A DNA stretch of 64,000 nt from a candidate division WOR-3 bacterium (lineage in GTDB: Bacteria; Hydrothermota; Tepidihabitantia; B3-TA06): the NCBI GenBank assembly GCA_965649265.1, contig CBFGKC010000006.1:114975-178974 (forward strand). Direction: 5' to 3'. The notes under the pieces are model-generated. The model searched no databases. It saw only the letters and a list, made by a program, of their open reading frames with translations, and had not been told where the DNA came from. Of this stretch, positions 33,999 through 43,584 are shown one piece after another (position 1 is the stretch's first letter; the number at the start of each line of letters is the position of its first letter). The position numbers and the translations under genes were made by a program.

Positions 33999-36530
33999 CT
34001 AATGCGCTTCGCCCCAGTTATCGCCCGAACCTATCTCGACCTCCAGGGGCACCGAGAGCTTCCACGCCGATTCCATGTCGCGCTTGACTATCTCCATCGC
34101 GCGGTCTACCTTTTTTTCAGGAACCTCGAACAGAAGCTCGTCGTGTATCTGCAGGAGCATTCCTGGCTCTATGCCTTCGTCCGTAAGACTCTTTTCGACC
34201 TTTATCATCGCGGCCTTGATGATGTCGGCTGCGGAGCCTTGCACGGGCGCGTTGATGATCGCGCGCTCGGCGACGTCGGCGCGATTGGGAACCTGCGGCA
34301 CGCGGCGCACACGTCCCGCAATCGTGGAGACGTAGCCTTTCTCCACCGCCTCCTGCACAATGCGCTCCCGCCAGGCCGATACGCCCGGGAACGACGCGAG
34401 GTAGTGATCGATGAAGTGCGCGGCCTCCTCGGTCGAGACGCCCATGCGGCGGGCGAAGCCGTAGGGACCCATGCCGTAGATGATTCCGTAGTTGATGGCC
34501 TTCGACATGCGGCGGTGGTCCGCCGTGATCTCCGATTCTTTTACCCCGAACACGCGCATGGCGGTCTCGGTGTGCACGTCGCGGTGGGCGTGGAAGATTT
34601 CTGTAAGCGCATCGTCGGCTGCGATATCGGCAAGCACGCGAAGCTCTATCTGGGAGTAGTCCGCCGACAAAAGCTTGTTGCCTGCAGCGGCCACGAAGCC
34701 CTTGCGCATCGCCGGCCCGCGCTCGCCCCTTATCGGAATATTTTGCAGGTTAGGGTTGGCGGTCGAAAGCCTGCCGGTCGAAGCGCCGGTCTGGTCGAAG
34801 GTGGTGTGAATCCTCGAATCGGAATCCACGAGCGTGACGAGCGGCCTCAGATACGTTGAAAGCAACTTGGAGAACTCCCGCCACTCGAGAATCTTCGGGA
34901 TGACCGGGTGCGCGTCCACCATCTCCTCAAGCACGTCCGCCGAGGTCGAATAGCCCGTCTTCGTGCGCCTGCGCGGCCTGATGCCTAAATCCTTGAAGAG
35001 AATTTGCTGCAGCTGCTTAGGCGAGCCTATGGTGAACTTCGTTCCGGCAAGCTCGTAAATATCGGTCTCGAGTTTTGCGAGTTCGTCCTCCCACTCGTCC
35101 GTCAACTTACCGAAATACTCAGTATCGAGCCTGACTCCGCGCTCTTCCATCTTCGCAAGAACAGGGATGAGGGGCACCTCCATCTCTTCGTAGACCTTGA
35201 GTGCGCTCACTTCCTTTAGCTCCATCTCGTAATGCTCGCCCGCATCGTGCATGAGGCTTACGGCGTCGGCCGGCGATGCCAGCGGCCTTCCTGCCGCGTG
35301 CACGAGAACGCGCTCGAGCGTTCTCAGGGAGAGATCGGAGTTTTCCACGAACGCCATAAGATGCAAATCCCAAAGCTTGCCTTTGATCTCAAACCCCAGC
35401 TTGATCAGCGGTTTGGCGTCCCAGAGAATCTTGGGAAAAGCTTTGTTCGAAAGCAACTCCCGAACTTGTTCCTCCTTGACCTCGGCAATCGTGAATCCGT
35501 CGGATGCTAGAACCCTTTCGTAGCATCCTCCGATGCAGCCTTTCTCGTCGGAAAACATGTCGGCCTGACCCGTTTTCTCCTCGAACAGGAAGGAAAGGGG
35601 GTCACCCTTCTTCGGCGCAAACTCAGCCTTCGAAATCTCGAGCGTTCCCTTCTTCTTGTCCTTCGGTTTCATGTGCGAAAGGCGCGAGGTGAAGCCGAGC
35701 TCGTTGTAGACGGCCTGCAGCGCCCCTTCGTCCTCGCTTCCGCAACGCAGGTCCTCATCCTTGATCTTCAAGGGTACGTCCTTGTGAAGCTGAACGAGTT
35801 CGTAAGAGAGCGTTGCTATCTGTCTGTGTTCTGCCAGCTTCTCGTCCTTTTCGAGCGCGGTCGCGAGGTTACCGTACTTCTCGATAAGAGCGAGCGCACG
35901 TTTTGGACCGATGCCGGGAACGCCCGGTATGCCGTCCGACGAGTCGCCCATGAGTGCGAGGAGGTCCGTTACCTTTTCGGGCGTCACTCCCATCTTCGTC
36001 TTCACTCCCTTTGAGTCGAACTCCTCGTCCTTGTAGGTGTCGTAAACGACTACATTATCTCCCACCAGTTGCGTCAAATCCTTGTCGCCCGAGACAATCA
36101 CGATCTTCGTGAACTTTTCCCTGAAACGCTCCGTTATCGTGGCCATGATATCGTCGGCCTCGTAACCCTCGAGTAAAAAGACGGGCAGGCCCTGCATCTT
36201 GGCGATTTCAGCGATCATGGGAACCTGCCAGATAAGCTCGTCTGGCGTCTCGGGTCTGTCCTTCTTGTAGTCTCGGAACTTTTCGTGCCTGAATACTTCT
36301 CTTCCTGCGTCGAACGTGATGACAATGGAATCCGTCGGGTAGCGTTCCCTTATCTTGTCCATGGCCTGAAGGAACCCGTAAATCGCCGAGGTGTTGCGAC
36401 CTTTTGTGTCTCTCAGGGGGTTGCGGATAAGGGCGAAGTACGAGCGGTAGGCTATGGAGTGGCCATCAATCAGGACAAGTATCACGCCCCCCTCCCAGCC
36501 TTCCTCGCCCTCCTCGCCCTCCTCAGGCAC
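33999..36530 (-). CDS. polA: DNA polymerase I
   Basis: The 5'-3' exonuclease N-terminus is visible (LVLIDGHSIAYRSYFAL). Polymerase motifs A (DYSQIELRVLA), B (RRMSKAINYGIIYGM) and C (QIHDELLFEV) are present. The acidic MPEEGEEGEEGWEGG extension is probably upstream of the true GTG start near 36485. Confidence 0.85.
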   Translation of the reverse strand: MPEEGEEGEEGWEGGVILVLIDGHSIAYRSYFALIRNPLRDTKGRNTSAIYGFLQAMDKIRERYPTDSIVITFDAGREVFRHEKFRDYKKDRPETPDELIWQVPMIAEIAKMQGLPVFLLEGYEADDIMATITERFREKFTKIVIVSGDKDLTQLVGDNVVVYDTYKDEEFDSKGVKTKMGVTPEKVTDLLALMGDSSDGIPGVPGIGPKRALALIEKYGNLATALEKDEKLAEHRQIATLSYELVQLHKDVPLKIKDEDLRCGSEDEGALQAVYNELGFTSRLSHMKPKDKKKGTLEISKAEFAPKKGDPLSFLFEEKTGQADMFSDEKGCIGGCYERVLASDGFTIAEVKEEQVRELLSNKAFPKILWDAKPLIKLGFEIKGKLWDLHLMAFVENSDLSLRTLERVLVHAAGRPLASPADAVSLMHDAGEHYEMELKEVSALKVYEEMEVPLIPVLAKMEERGVRLDTEYFGKLTDEWEDELAKLETDIYELAGTKFTIGSPKQLQQILFKDLGIRPRRRTKTGYSTSADVLEEMVDAHPVIPKILEWREFSKLLSTYLRPLVTLVDSDSRIHTTFDQTGASTGRLSTANPNLQNIPIRGERGPAMRKGFVAAAGNKLLSADYSQIELRVLADIAADDALTEIFHAHRDVHTETAMRVFGVKESEITADHRRMSKAINYGIIYGMGPYGFARRMGVSTEEAAHFIDHYLASFPGVSAWRERIVQEAVEKGYVSTIAGRVRRVPQVPNRADVAERAIINAPVQGSAADIIKAAMIKVEKSLTDEGIEPGMLLQIHDELLFEVPEKKVDRAMEIVKRDMESAWKLSVPLEVEIGSGDNWGEAH

Positions 36531-36591
36531 ACCCTTCTCAGCCTCATCTGTCTGATTAAAGGACGTTTCAATCGAGGGAGTCTTGCTCGAT

Positions 36592-37350
36592 TCATGGTGT
36601 ACTCTGCCGCTTTTCTTTTGCTTGTTGAAGAGACTTTTTCACCAGCTCAGTTGCTCTGTACAGCGATTCGAAGGTGCCCGCATCCGTCCACCAGCCCGAA
36701 AGCTTTGCCCAGCGCATCTGGCCCCAGGAGATATAGGTGTTGTTCACGTCCGTTATCTCGAGTTCATTTCTTCCTGATGGCGAGAGCCCTTTAACGATCT
36801 CGAACACACGTTTGTCGTACATGTAGATTCCGGTCACAGCCAGGTTGGATTCCGGTTTCTTCGGCTTCTCCACAATCCTGGCGACGTGTGCACCTTCCAC
36901 GGTCGCAACGCCGAAGCGCTGGGCGTCCTTCACTTCCTTCAGAAGAATCATCGCGCCGGTTCCGGCGGCCTCGAACTTCTTGATGTAGGGGAGGAGGGGG
37001 GCGGAAAAAATGTTGTCTCCGAGAATCACCACAACCGGCTGGCCCTCCGAGAAATCCTCGGCGAGCGATAGCGCTTCCGCGATGCCGCCGTGACCGTCCT
37101 GGTAGGTGTAGTGCAGACCCTTGATGCCGAACTTCCTTCCGTTTCCCAAAAGCCTCAAAAAGTCACCCGCGAATTCGCCGCCCGTGACCAAAAGTATCTC
37201 CTCGATTCCGGCCTCGACTAATTTCTCAATAGGATAAAGCACCATCGGTTTGTCGTAGACAGGCAAAAGGTGTTTGTTGGTCACCTCAGTCAGCGGCGCG
37301 AGCCTGGTGCCCATGCCGCCCGCAAGTATCACGCCTTTCTTCAATTTCAT
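36592..37350 (-). CDS. Sugar-phosphate nucleotidyltransferase, RmlA-like (glucose-1-phosphate thymidylyl/uridylyltransferase type)
   Basis: The sequence GVILAGGMGTRLAPLTEVTNKHLLPVYDKPMVLYPIEKL closely follows the RmlA N-terminal signature. Confidence 0.7.
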   Translation of the reverse strand: MKLKKGVILAGGMGTRLAPLTEVTNKHLLPVYDKPMVLYPIEKLVEAGIEEILLVTGGEFAGDFLRLLGNGRKFGIKGLHYTYQDGHGGIAEALSLAEDFSEGQPVVVILGDNIFSAPLLPYIKKFEAAGTGAMILLKEVKDAQRFGVATVEGAHVARIVEKPKKPESNLAVTGIYMYDKRVFEIVKGLSPSGRNELEITDVNNTYISWGQMRWAKLSGWWTDAGTFESLYRATELVKKSLQQAKEKRQSTP

Positions 37351-37409
37351 TCGCTATCTTACAGCAGGAGAGGGGAGGAGTCAAGGGAGTAAATGATTAC
37401 ACGCAAAGT

Positions 37410-37438
37410 TTGACACTATAAGACGGTTTTCTTATAAT
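37410..37438 (+). promoter_or_regulatory. Consensus sigma70 promoter (TTGACA-17-TATAAT)
   Basis: ttgaca is at 37410..37415 and tataat at 37433..37438. An AAAGGAGGAAAAG Shine-Dalgarno site is followed by the ATG at 37472. Confidence 0.6.
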
Positions 37439-37471
37439 GCAAACAGAGGATACAAGCCAAAGGAGGAAAAG

Positions 37472-38683
37472 ATGAAGCGTTGCTTTCTCGCAGTTGTGTT
37501 CGCAGTGCTTTTGTTCGTTTATTGCTCTCTGCCGAAGTATCACGGCGAGCCTCTCTGGACTTTTGAGGCCAAAGGGAGGATATGTTCCTCGGCTCTCGGC
37601 CAGGATGGAACTATTTATTTTACCATGAATTACAAAGATACCGCAAGTCTTTATGCGCTGAACCCCGACGGCGACATTAAATGGAAGTACACGTCAATTA
37701 GCACAAAGGATACTTTGAGGAGCTTTGATTTCCTGTCGATAAGAAGCGACGGGACAATCTATGTCGGCGGCGAGAGTGTTCTTTTCGCGCTGAATCCGGA
37801 CGGAAGTCTCTTATGGAGTTATGAAGATGTTTGTCAGGTCGGCGGAATGCTAATCGGGACTGAAGGGGCGTTGTACATTCTCGACAGCGGTATTCTCATC
37901 GCATTAAACGAGAGTGGAGAAAAGCTATGGGAATCTGATTTGGACATTATTCTTCTGGGATGCATTTCAGCCGATGGATCGGTATATGTTTATGAGAGCA
38001 GCCTTAGTTCTCCGATTGAAAATGCTGTTTCCTTGTATCCAGACGGCACTTTAAAGTGGCGGCGTGATTGCACAATTGGATTTCCTTGTCCCTATCCTAG
38101 TCCAGCTGTTGGCGAGGACGGAACAATCTACGATGCACAGATGTATCTCATGGCCATTTCGGACAATGGGGATTGCTTATGGAATTACAAGGATTGTTTT
38201 AATCCGTCAATAGGCTCAGATGAAAGCATATATGCCGTTGGGTATTACAACAATGCCAAAAAGAACAAAGTTATAGCGTTTGACGATTCGGGTAAAGTGG
38301 CATGGGAATACAAGATTCCGGGGGAAAAAAGAACAGTGGGTTATATTTCGCCTGTGGTTGGTGCAGACGGGACGATCTATGTGGGTGAATGTTTTTACTT
38401 CTTTTGGGGTTGGACTCCTGAAGAAGACTACTATCTTTACGCGCTGGATAATACCGGCAGGCTTTTGTGGACATATAGTATTGACGGGTTTCTCTCGAAT
38501 CCTCCTCTGCTTGCCCAGGACGGGACGCTCTACTTATGCACGAATTCTTCACTCGAAAGCGACGGTGCTAATTCAAAAGTAAAAATAACCGCCCTTCAAA
38601 CCGAGTCAATGGGTCTTGCCTCCTCCTCCTGGCCGCGGGCCGGGCACGACAACCAGAACACGGGCCGCGCGAGTGGGCATTAG
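37472..38683 (+). CDS. Lipoprotein with PQQ-like beta-propeller repeats
   Basis: The signal peptide has a lipobox (LLFVYCS). The repeated theme DGTIYF/V...LYALNPDGxxKW recurs. The C-terminus has a WPRAGHDNQNTG motif. A tandem paralog lies at 38767..39960. Confidence 0.55.
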   Translation: MKRCFLAVVFAVLLFVYCSLPKYHGEPLWTFEAKGRICSSALGQDGTIYFTMNYKDTASLYALNPDGDIKWKYTSISTKDTLRSFDFLSIRSDGTIYVGGESVLFALNPDGSLLWSYEDVCQVGGMLIGTEGALYILDSGILIALNESGEKLWESDLDIILLGCISADGSVYVYESSLSSPIENAVSLYPDGTLKWRRDCTIGFPCPYPSPAVGEDGTIYDAQMYLMAISDNGDCLWNYKDCFNPSIGSDESIYAVGYYNNAKKNKVIAFDDSGKVAWEYKIPGEKRTVGYISPVVGADGTIYVGECFYFFWGWTPEEDYYLYALDNTGRLLWTYSIDGFLSNPPLLAQDGTLYLCTNSSLESDGANSKVKITALQTESMGLASSSWPRAGHDNQNTGRASGH

Positions 38684-38692
38684 GAAAGTACT

Positions 38693-38720
38693 TGACAGTG
38701 TAGAATTTCCTTTTATTATT
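38693..38720 (+). promoter_or_regulatory. sigma70-like promoter (TTGACA-16-TATTAT)
   Basis: ttgaca is at 38693..38698 and tattat at 38715..38720. It lies upstream of a TAGGAGGATAAC Shine-Dalgarno site and the ATG at 38767. Confidence 0.45.
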
Positions 38721-38766
38721 TATATGTGGTCAAACCCTGCGAGGCGGGAAAATCTAGGAGGATAAC

Positions 38767-39960
38767 ATGAAGCGTGTGTACGTTATCTCCATAGCCGCGG
38801 CAGTCGTCCTTACAACCTGTTCCTTTCCTGAATACAAAGGTGAAGCACTCTGGACTTACGAGGTCTCAGGACACCTGGGTTCCACAGCGCTGGGCAACGA
38901 CGGTACAATCTATTTTACCGTCGACTACGTCTCCGATACTTTTAATGTTGACAGCGCCAGCCTTGTTGCCTTGAATCCTGACGGCTCACTGAAGTGGAGT
39001 CGTACCGAGAAATACGATGCCGGAACCTACAACGGAATGGGGGCCTTATCCATCGGTTCGGACGGCACCCTTTACATCGCAGGCAAGTTACTTTATGCGT
39101 TATCTCCCGAGGACAGCGTTCTATGGATGTATGAGCCGGAACAATACATATACCAGATTCTTGTCGGTGCGGATGGCACCCTTTATATCCTTGTCAATCG
39201 CACCCTCTGTGCTGTAACCGGCGAGGGGCAGCTTTTGTGGAAATCTCCCTTGAACCTGTGGAGACTCTACGGCGTGACTTCCGACGGAACCGTCTACGCC
39301 GCGGAAATAGATAATACTTTCTCCAATATTGCGGTGAACGCGGACGGGTCTCTCAAGTGGCGCTACGACCGGGGAACGTCGAGCAACTGTCAGTATGCGG
39401 CAATCGGCGAAGACGGCTCAACCTACTGCAGCGGTTTTGCGCTTAAGCCTGACGGAAGCCTGAAGTGGAAGTACGCCGGAATGTACGAGCCTTCTTTAGG
39501 AACGGATGACAACGTCTGCTCAGGCTCCTACATAGAAGAAAATAAGAGAGGGATCATTACCCTTGATACGAGCGGAAATCTTCTCTGGGAATACGAGATT
39601 CCGGGAAAGAGCTATGTTTCGGGGTTGAACCCGCCTGCTATCGGCGCCGACGGAACAATCTACATCGGTGAGTATTACATATCTATGGGCATAGGAAGCG
39701 ACCCCGGCGTGGTCCCTCACGATTATTACCTCTACGCGGTTGACAAGACCGGAAAATCGCTGTGGAAGTATAATACCGACGGCCAGGCTGCAGGCTCTCC
39801 GCTTATCGCACCCGACGGGACGCTTTACCTCTGGTCCGAAACGTATTTGTCTGAGCTCGGCTACAAACTTCACGCGATAAAGACGGAGTCCATGGGGCTT
39901 GCCGCCTCTTCATGGCCCCGCCCTGGTCACGACAACCGGAATACGGGCTGCGTGCAATAA
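38767..39960 (+). CDS. Lipoprotein with PQQ-like beta-propeller repeats (tandem paralog)
   Basis: It has a lipobox (VLTTCS). The same DGTIYF / LVALNPDGSLKW repeat theme is present. The C-terminus reads SWPRPGHDNRNTGCVQ. Confidence 0.55.
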   Translation: MKRVYVISIAAAVVLTTCSFPEYKGEALWTYEVSGHLGSTALGNDGTIYFTVDYVSDTFNVDSASLVALNPDGSLKWSRTEKYDAGTYNGMGALSIGSDGTLYIAGKLLYALSPEDSVLWMYEPEQYIYQILVGADGTLYILVNRTLCAVTGEGQLLWKSPLNLWRLYGVTSDGTVYAAEIDNTFSNIAVNADGSLKWRYDRGTSSNCQYAAIGEDGSTYCSGFALKPDGSLKWKYAGMYEPSLGTDDNVCSGSYIEENKRGIITLDTSGNLLWEYEIPGKSYVSGLNPPAIGADGTIYIGEYYISMGIGSDPGVVPHDYYLYAVDKTGKSLWKYNTDGQAAGSPLIAPDGTLYLWSETYLSELGYKLHAIKTESMGLAASSWPRPGHDNRNTGCVQ

Positions 39961-40018
39961 TCTTTTCCGGTCCACTTGGAGGTTTAATACGGTCGCGCGG
40001 CAGTACCCGGTATTTTAG

Positions 40019-40047
40019 TTGACAGATCGCGAAGCGCACCTTATAAT
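40019..40047 (+). promoter_or_regulatory. Consensus sigma70 promoter (TTGACA-17-TATAAT) abutting the start codon
   Basis: ttgaca is at 40019..40024 and tataat at 40042..40047. The ATG at 40053 sits only 5 nt after the -10 element, which makes this a leaderless candidate. Confidence 0.5.
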
Positions 40048-40052
40048 GAAGG

Positions 40053-41186
40053 ATGAAGCGTTTGCTTATCCTTCTGGTCGCGGCGGCGTTGCTTGCAGGT
40101 TGCGCGTCCCAGTCGGTAAAAAAAGGTAAAACCGGGCTCGAACTGCTCTATATCGCGGACGTACCGGCCGACGATGCCGGGTGTTCGGCGCTCTACTCTA
40201 CAATCAAGGGGTTCGAAAATCCCCTCGTCGTAGTTGATGATCCAACGTTCTCCACTATCTCCGATCTTGCCTGGTGGGAGGGGCAAAGGGAGCTTTTTCT
40301 CCTCGACTCTCTGGGTGTGGGACTTTTTTTCCTTCCTTCCTCCTGGATGCTTCTCGGTGCGGACAAGCTCAAGGAACTCTCGAACGAGGCCGATTTCTTC
40401 ATGCCAGCGATGAATCTTGCCGACAACTCGCTGCGCTACATTTTGCCTCGCTACATGATACGCAGGCAGGGTTCGTATCGTCTGGCCTTCTCTGCGGCGG
40501 TCAGACCGGAGAAACAAGCGTTTCTCATTAAAGGAGAGAATCTTCTTAATGTGGATTCGCTTCTGCCCGTGACCGCTACTTACCTGGCCATGCAGTCCGA
40601 TTTCTTCTTCTTTTTCAATGATGATTCGACCGGAAAGGTTTCATCGGGGATCAACTCCATTCCGCGTGGTGCCGGTTCTCGTCAGCTTTCCTTAAGCTTC
40701 CGCAGCACGACGGAATTCAAGCTTAACCAGAAGCCCTTGAGACTTGCGGCCGCGTCTGCGACCAATCCATGCGCGCTGTGGCAGCAGAAGGCTGATTCCA
40801 TCGACTTGGAGCTTCTGGGCGCGAGTTCTGAAGGCGTTTCCACGGACTCGCTGCGGCAGCTGGCAGCGAAGGCTCTTGGCTCAAGCGAGAGCGTAATGGT
40901 TTATCTCGGCGATGGGTTCATAAAAGATTCGCTGCCCGCCGGTCAAATAACATTCGGCAAGATGCGCAGAGTTCTCGCCCCCGAGATTTTCGTCGCAGTT
41001 CCAAGACAGGATTTCGTCAACGCTTTCCCGCGAGAGGGGGAGGGGGTATCTCAAAAAATAAAGGAAGTGATTTTACCTTCATCTCTTTTCATCGCCGATG
41101 AGGCTTTAGGAAGCACTCACGCGAAGCCGACAGGATTGACTTCGGCTTCGCTGGTTCGTAAGATGTTTTCAAAGGAGGAGAAGTGA
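40053..41186 (+). CDS. Hypothetical lipoprotein
   Basis: The signal peptide has a lipobox (LLVAAALLAGCAS). The product is 377 aa. Its stop overlaps the next gene's start (41183..41186). Confidence 0.5.
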   Translation: MKRLLILLVAAALLAGCASQSVKKGKTGLELLYIADVPADDAGCSALYSTIKGFENPLVVVDDPTFSTISDLAWWEGQRELFLLDSLGVGLFFLPSSWMLLGADKLKELSNEADFFMPAMNLADNSLRYILPRYMIRRQGSYRLAFSAAVRPEKQAFLIKGENLLNVDSLLPVTATYLAMQSDFFFFFNDDSTGKVSSGINSIPRGAGSRQLSLSFRSTTEFKLNQKPLRLAAASATNPCALWQQKADSIDLELLGASSEGVSTDSLRQLAAKALGSSESVMVYLGDGFIKDSLPAGQITFGKMRRVLAPEIFVAVPRQDFVNAFPREGEGVSQKIKEVILPSSLFIADEALGSTHAKPTGLTSASLVRKMFSKEEK

Positions 41187-41866
41187 CAGCTCAAGAAGCA
41201 ACCATCAAAAAGGAACAAAAAACACGTGGTATTCGCTGGGGCAGGCTTATCTGGACGCTGTTCGTCGTCCTCTACCTCATAAACTTCGCAAAGAACCTCT
41301 TCGGCGACGTCGCTCAGAATGAAGCCGCAATACCCATAATCTACTTCATCGTATGGCTTTGCTGGCTCGGAGTGGAGTTTTACCTTGGGGCGCTCTTTTT
41401 CCAGTCGAGCCTTGTGATGAACTTTAATCCATGGCTCAAGGCCGGTTTTGCCCTTTTCTTTTACGCCATGCAGGGGCTTGCTCCATGGGACGCATTCGCA
41501 AGCACACATATCCGCTTCGCATACCCCGTGTTCAACATCCTCGGGCTTCTCCTGTTCGGTCTCGGGATTTTTATACGCATCTGGTCGCTTATAGTCTTTA
41601 AACGCGCTAAAAACCCGAGGGACGTTCTGAAAACGAGGCCGTGGCTGATGTCGAGGCACCCGCGTTACATCGGCATGCTTCTCGTGATGTTTGCAATACC
41701 TCTCGTGTTCTTTTCGCCGTGGGCCATGCTTGCGACCGTCGTAATCGGGCTGCCCTTGTGGTATCTTGAAACGAGATTCGAGGAGAAAAAACTTGCGGAA
41801 GAATGGGGCGAAACTTACAGGGATTATTGCGCACGCACTCCCCTGGCTCCTCGTCTTAAGCCTTAG
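41183..41866 (+). CDS. Isoprenylcysteine carboxyl methyltransferase (ICMT/PEMT) family membrane methyltransferase
   Basis: It has multiple TM segments. The C-terminal motif is RPWLMSRHPRYIGMLL...EEKKLAEEWGETYRDYCARTPLAPRLKP (compare RHPxY...EE..L...FG..Y..Y). Confidence 0.65.
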   Translation: MTAQEATIKKEQKTRGIRWGRLIWTLFVVLYLINFAKNLFGDVAQNEAAIPIIYFIVWLCWLGVEFYLGALFFQSSLVMNFNPWLKAGFALFFYAMQGLAPWDAFASTHIRFAYPVFNILGLLLFGLGIFIRIWSLIVFKRAKNPRDVLKTRPWLMSRHPRYIGMLLVMFAIPLVFFSPWAMLATVVIGLPLWYLETRFEEKKLAEEWGETYRDYCARTPLAPRLKP

Positions 41867-42650
41867 TTCCTGTTCGCCGGCCGGGCATAAAGAAAAGGTC
41901 GTGGGCACACCTCGGAAAGTGGTGTCGCTCGTTCCCAGCATCACCGAGATAGTATACGCGCTTGGGGAGGATTCTAAACTTGTCGGCGTGACTACGTTCT
42001 GTGATTATCCGCCGCAGGTCAAGGAGAAATCTGTAGTCGGCGATTTTCTTCATCCCGATCCCGAGAAACTCAAGTCGCTGAAACCGGATATCGTTCTTCT
42101 GACAACCCCGACACAGGCTCAGCTGGCATCCGACCTGCGCGCCTCTGGATACAGGGTGGCCGTATTCGAGGACCCGGCGACGCTCGAGGGCGTATTCGCG
42201 CAAATCCAGGCACTCGCCGACACGCTCGGAGTCGGTTCCAAAGGCCGCAAACTCGCCGACAGCCTTCGTGCGAGCGTTACCGCCATCGGCGCAAGGGAAA
42301 GCCTTTCCTGCTACGTTGAAATCTCGGACGCTCCGCTGGTTGCGGCAGGCGCGTCCTACCTATCGGACGCGCTCGCGCACATAGGGCTTTTTAATATCTT
42401 TTCCGACCGCAGAGGATATCCTGCAATAGACCCGGAGGAAGTCGCCAAACGCCAGCCGCAGGTGGTTCTGCTGCTTTATCCCAATGCGTCCGGGGCAAAG
42501 GTCTCCTCGCGCATCGGCTGGGCAAAAGTTCCTGCCGTCCAGAACCGTATGGTTTTTTCGAATCTTCCTCTTGACGAACTCATGCGTCCCGGGCCGAGGC
42601 TCATCCACGCTCTCATCGAAACCGATTCCGTAATACGTGATGCGCGCTAG
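41766..42650 (+). CDS. ABC transporter periplasmic substrate-binding lipoprotein, BtuF/FecB-like (TroA cluster)
   Basis: It has a lipobox (LVLSLSSCS). The sequence VVSLVPSITEIVYALGEDSKLVGVTTFCDYPPQVKEKSVVGDF...LKPDIVLL matches the BtuF signature. The start is more likely the internal TTG at 41793. It overlaps the ICMT gene. Confidence 0.7.
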   Translation: MKRDSRRKNLRKNGAKLTGIIAHALPWLLVLSLSSCSPAGHKEKVVGTPRKVVSLVPSITEIVYALGEDSKLVGVTTFCDYPPQVKEKSVVGDFLHPDPEKLKSLKPDIVLLTTPTQAQLASDLRASGYRVAVFEDPATLEGVFAQIQALADTLGVGSKGRKLADSLRASVTAIGARESLSCYVEISDAPLVAAGASYLSDALAHIGLFNIFSDRRGYPAIDPEEVAKRQPQVVLLLYPNASGAKVSSRIGWAKVPAVQNRMVFSNLPLDELMRPGPRLIHALIETDSVIRDAR

Positions 42651-43584
42651 ACTGGGTTGGGCCCTCCTCCTCATCCTGCTTCTCATACTCGTTTCTCTCT
42701 CCCTCCTTATCGGTCCGGCGGGGCTTTCCTTCGGCCTGATTCTGTCTCGCCTGCCGAGAACCTTTCTCACACTCTTTGCAGGCGGCATCCTCGCTCTCGT
42801 CGGCGCGGCGCTTCAGGGGCTTTTGGAGAATCCGCTCGTCGATCCCTACATCATAGGCTCCTCATCAGGCGCAGGTGTCGGTGTTGCCCTTGCCTTGCTC
42901 ACCGGCTGGACATCGGTGTACGGCAGACCCTTGTTCGCATTCGCAGGCGCAATGGGTGCGCTTCTTCTCGTATACTTCTTTGCCCGCATGAAGGGCCGTA
43001 TCTCACGTCTCTCCCTTATCCTATCCGGGGTCGCGGTCGGCTTCGTGGGTTCGAGTCTCGTAATGATTCTTATGGTGCTTTCCCGCTCCGAACTCTCCCA
43101 GATCATCTACCTCCTTATGGGTTCCACCAACATCATCTTCACCCCTCAGGAGTTCTGGACCTTTGTTATCTCCGCATTTCTCTCCATAGTCCTTTGCACC
43201 TGGCTTATCACGCGCTGGCGCTCACTCGACATACTTTCCGCAAACATCGAGTCCGCCGAATCGCTCGGGGTCAACACCCAGCGACTGACGACCGAGGTTT
43301 TCATCATTTCAGCCGTGCTCGTGGGCGTTGTGGTCGCGTTTGCGGGCGCCGTCAGCTTCGTGGGTCTGATAGTTCCCCACATCGCCAGATTCATATTCGG
43401 TCCAAGGCATTTGCGCGTGCTGCCTGCAAGCTTTCTTGCCGGCGCGTCCTTGTTACTTCTTTCAGACATCATCCTCAGGCTTTTTGCCATGCTCACGAAC
43501 GTCTACCTGCCTTTGTCCGTCATCACCACTCTCGCAGGCGTGCCGTTCTTTCTTTTCATCATGAGAAGGAAGTCGAATGTTTGA
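42637..43584 (+). CDS. ABC transporter permease, FecCD/BtuC family
   Basis: It has about 9 TM segments. The FecCD-type conserved loop GAxxxxxGxxQ is present (AGGILALVGAALQGLLENPLVDPYIIGSSSGAG). Confidence 0.75.
   Translation: MMRARLGWALLLILLLILVSLSLLIGPAGLSFGLILSRLPRTFLTLFAGGILALVGAALQGLLENPLVDPYIIGSSSGAGVGVALALLTGWTSVYGRPLFAFAGAMGALLLVYFFARMKGRISRLSLILSGVAVGFVGSSLVMILMVLSRSELSQIIYLLMGSTNIIFTPQEFWTFVISAFLSIVLCTWLITRWRSLDILSANIESAESLGVNTQRLTTEVFIISAVLVGVVVAFAGAVSFVGLIVPHIARFIFGPRHLRVLPASFLAGASLLLLSDIILRLFAMLTNVYLPLSVITTLAGVPFFLFIMRRKSNV

Noticed and set aside
34002-34859. 285-aa plus-strand ORF and other antisense ORFs inside polA
   Set aside because: They lie antisense to polA, which has unmistakable polymerase motifs. 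They are high-GC frame artefacts.
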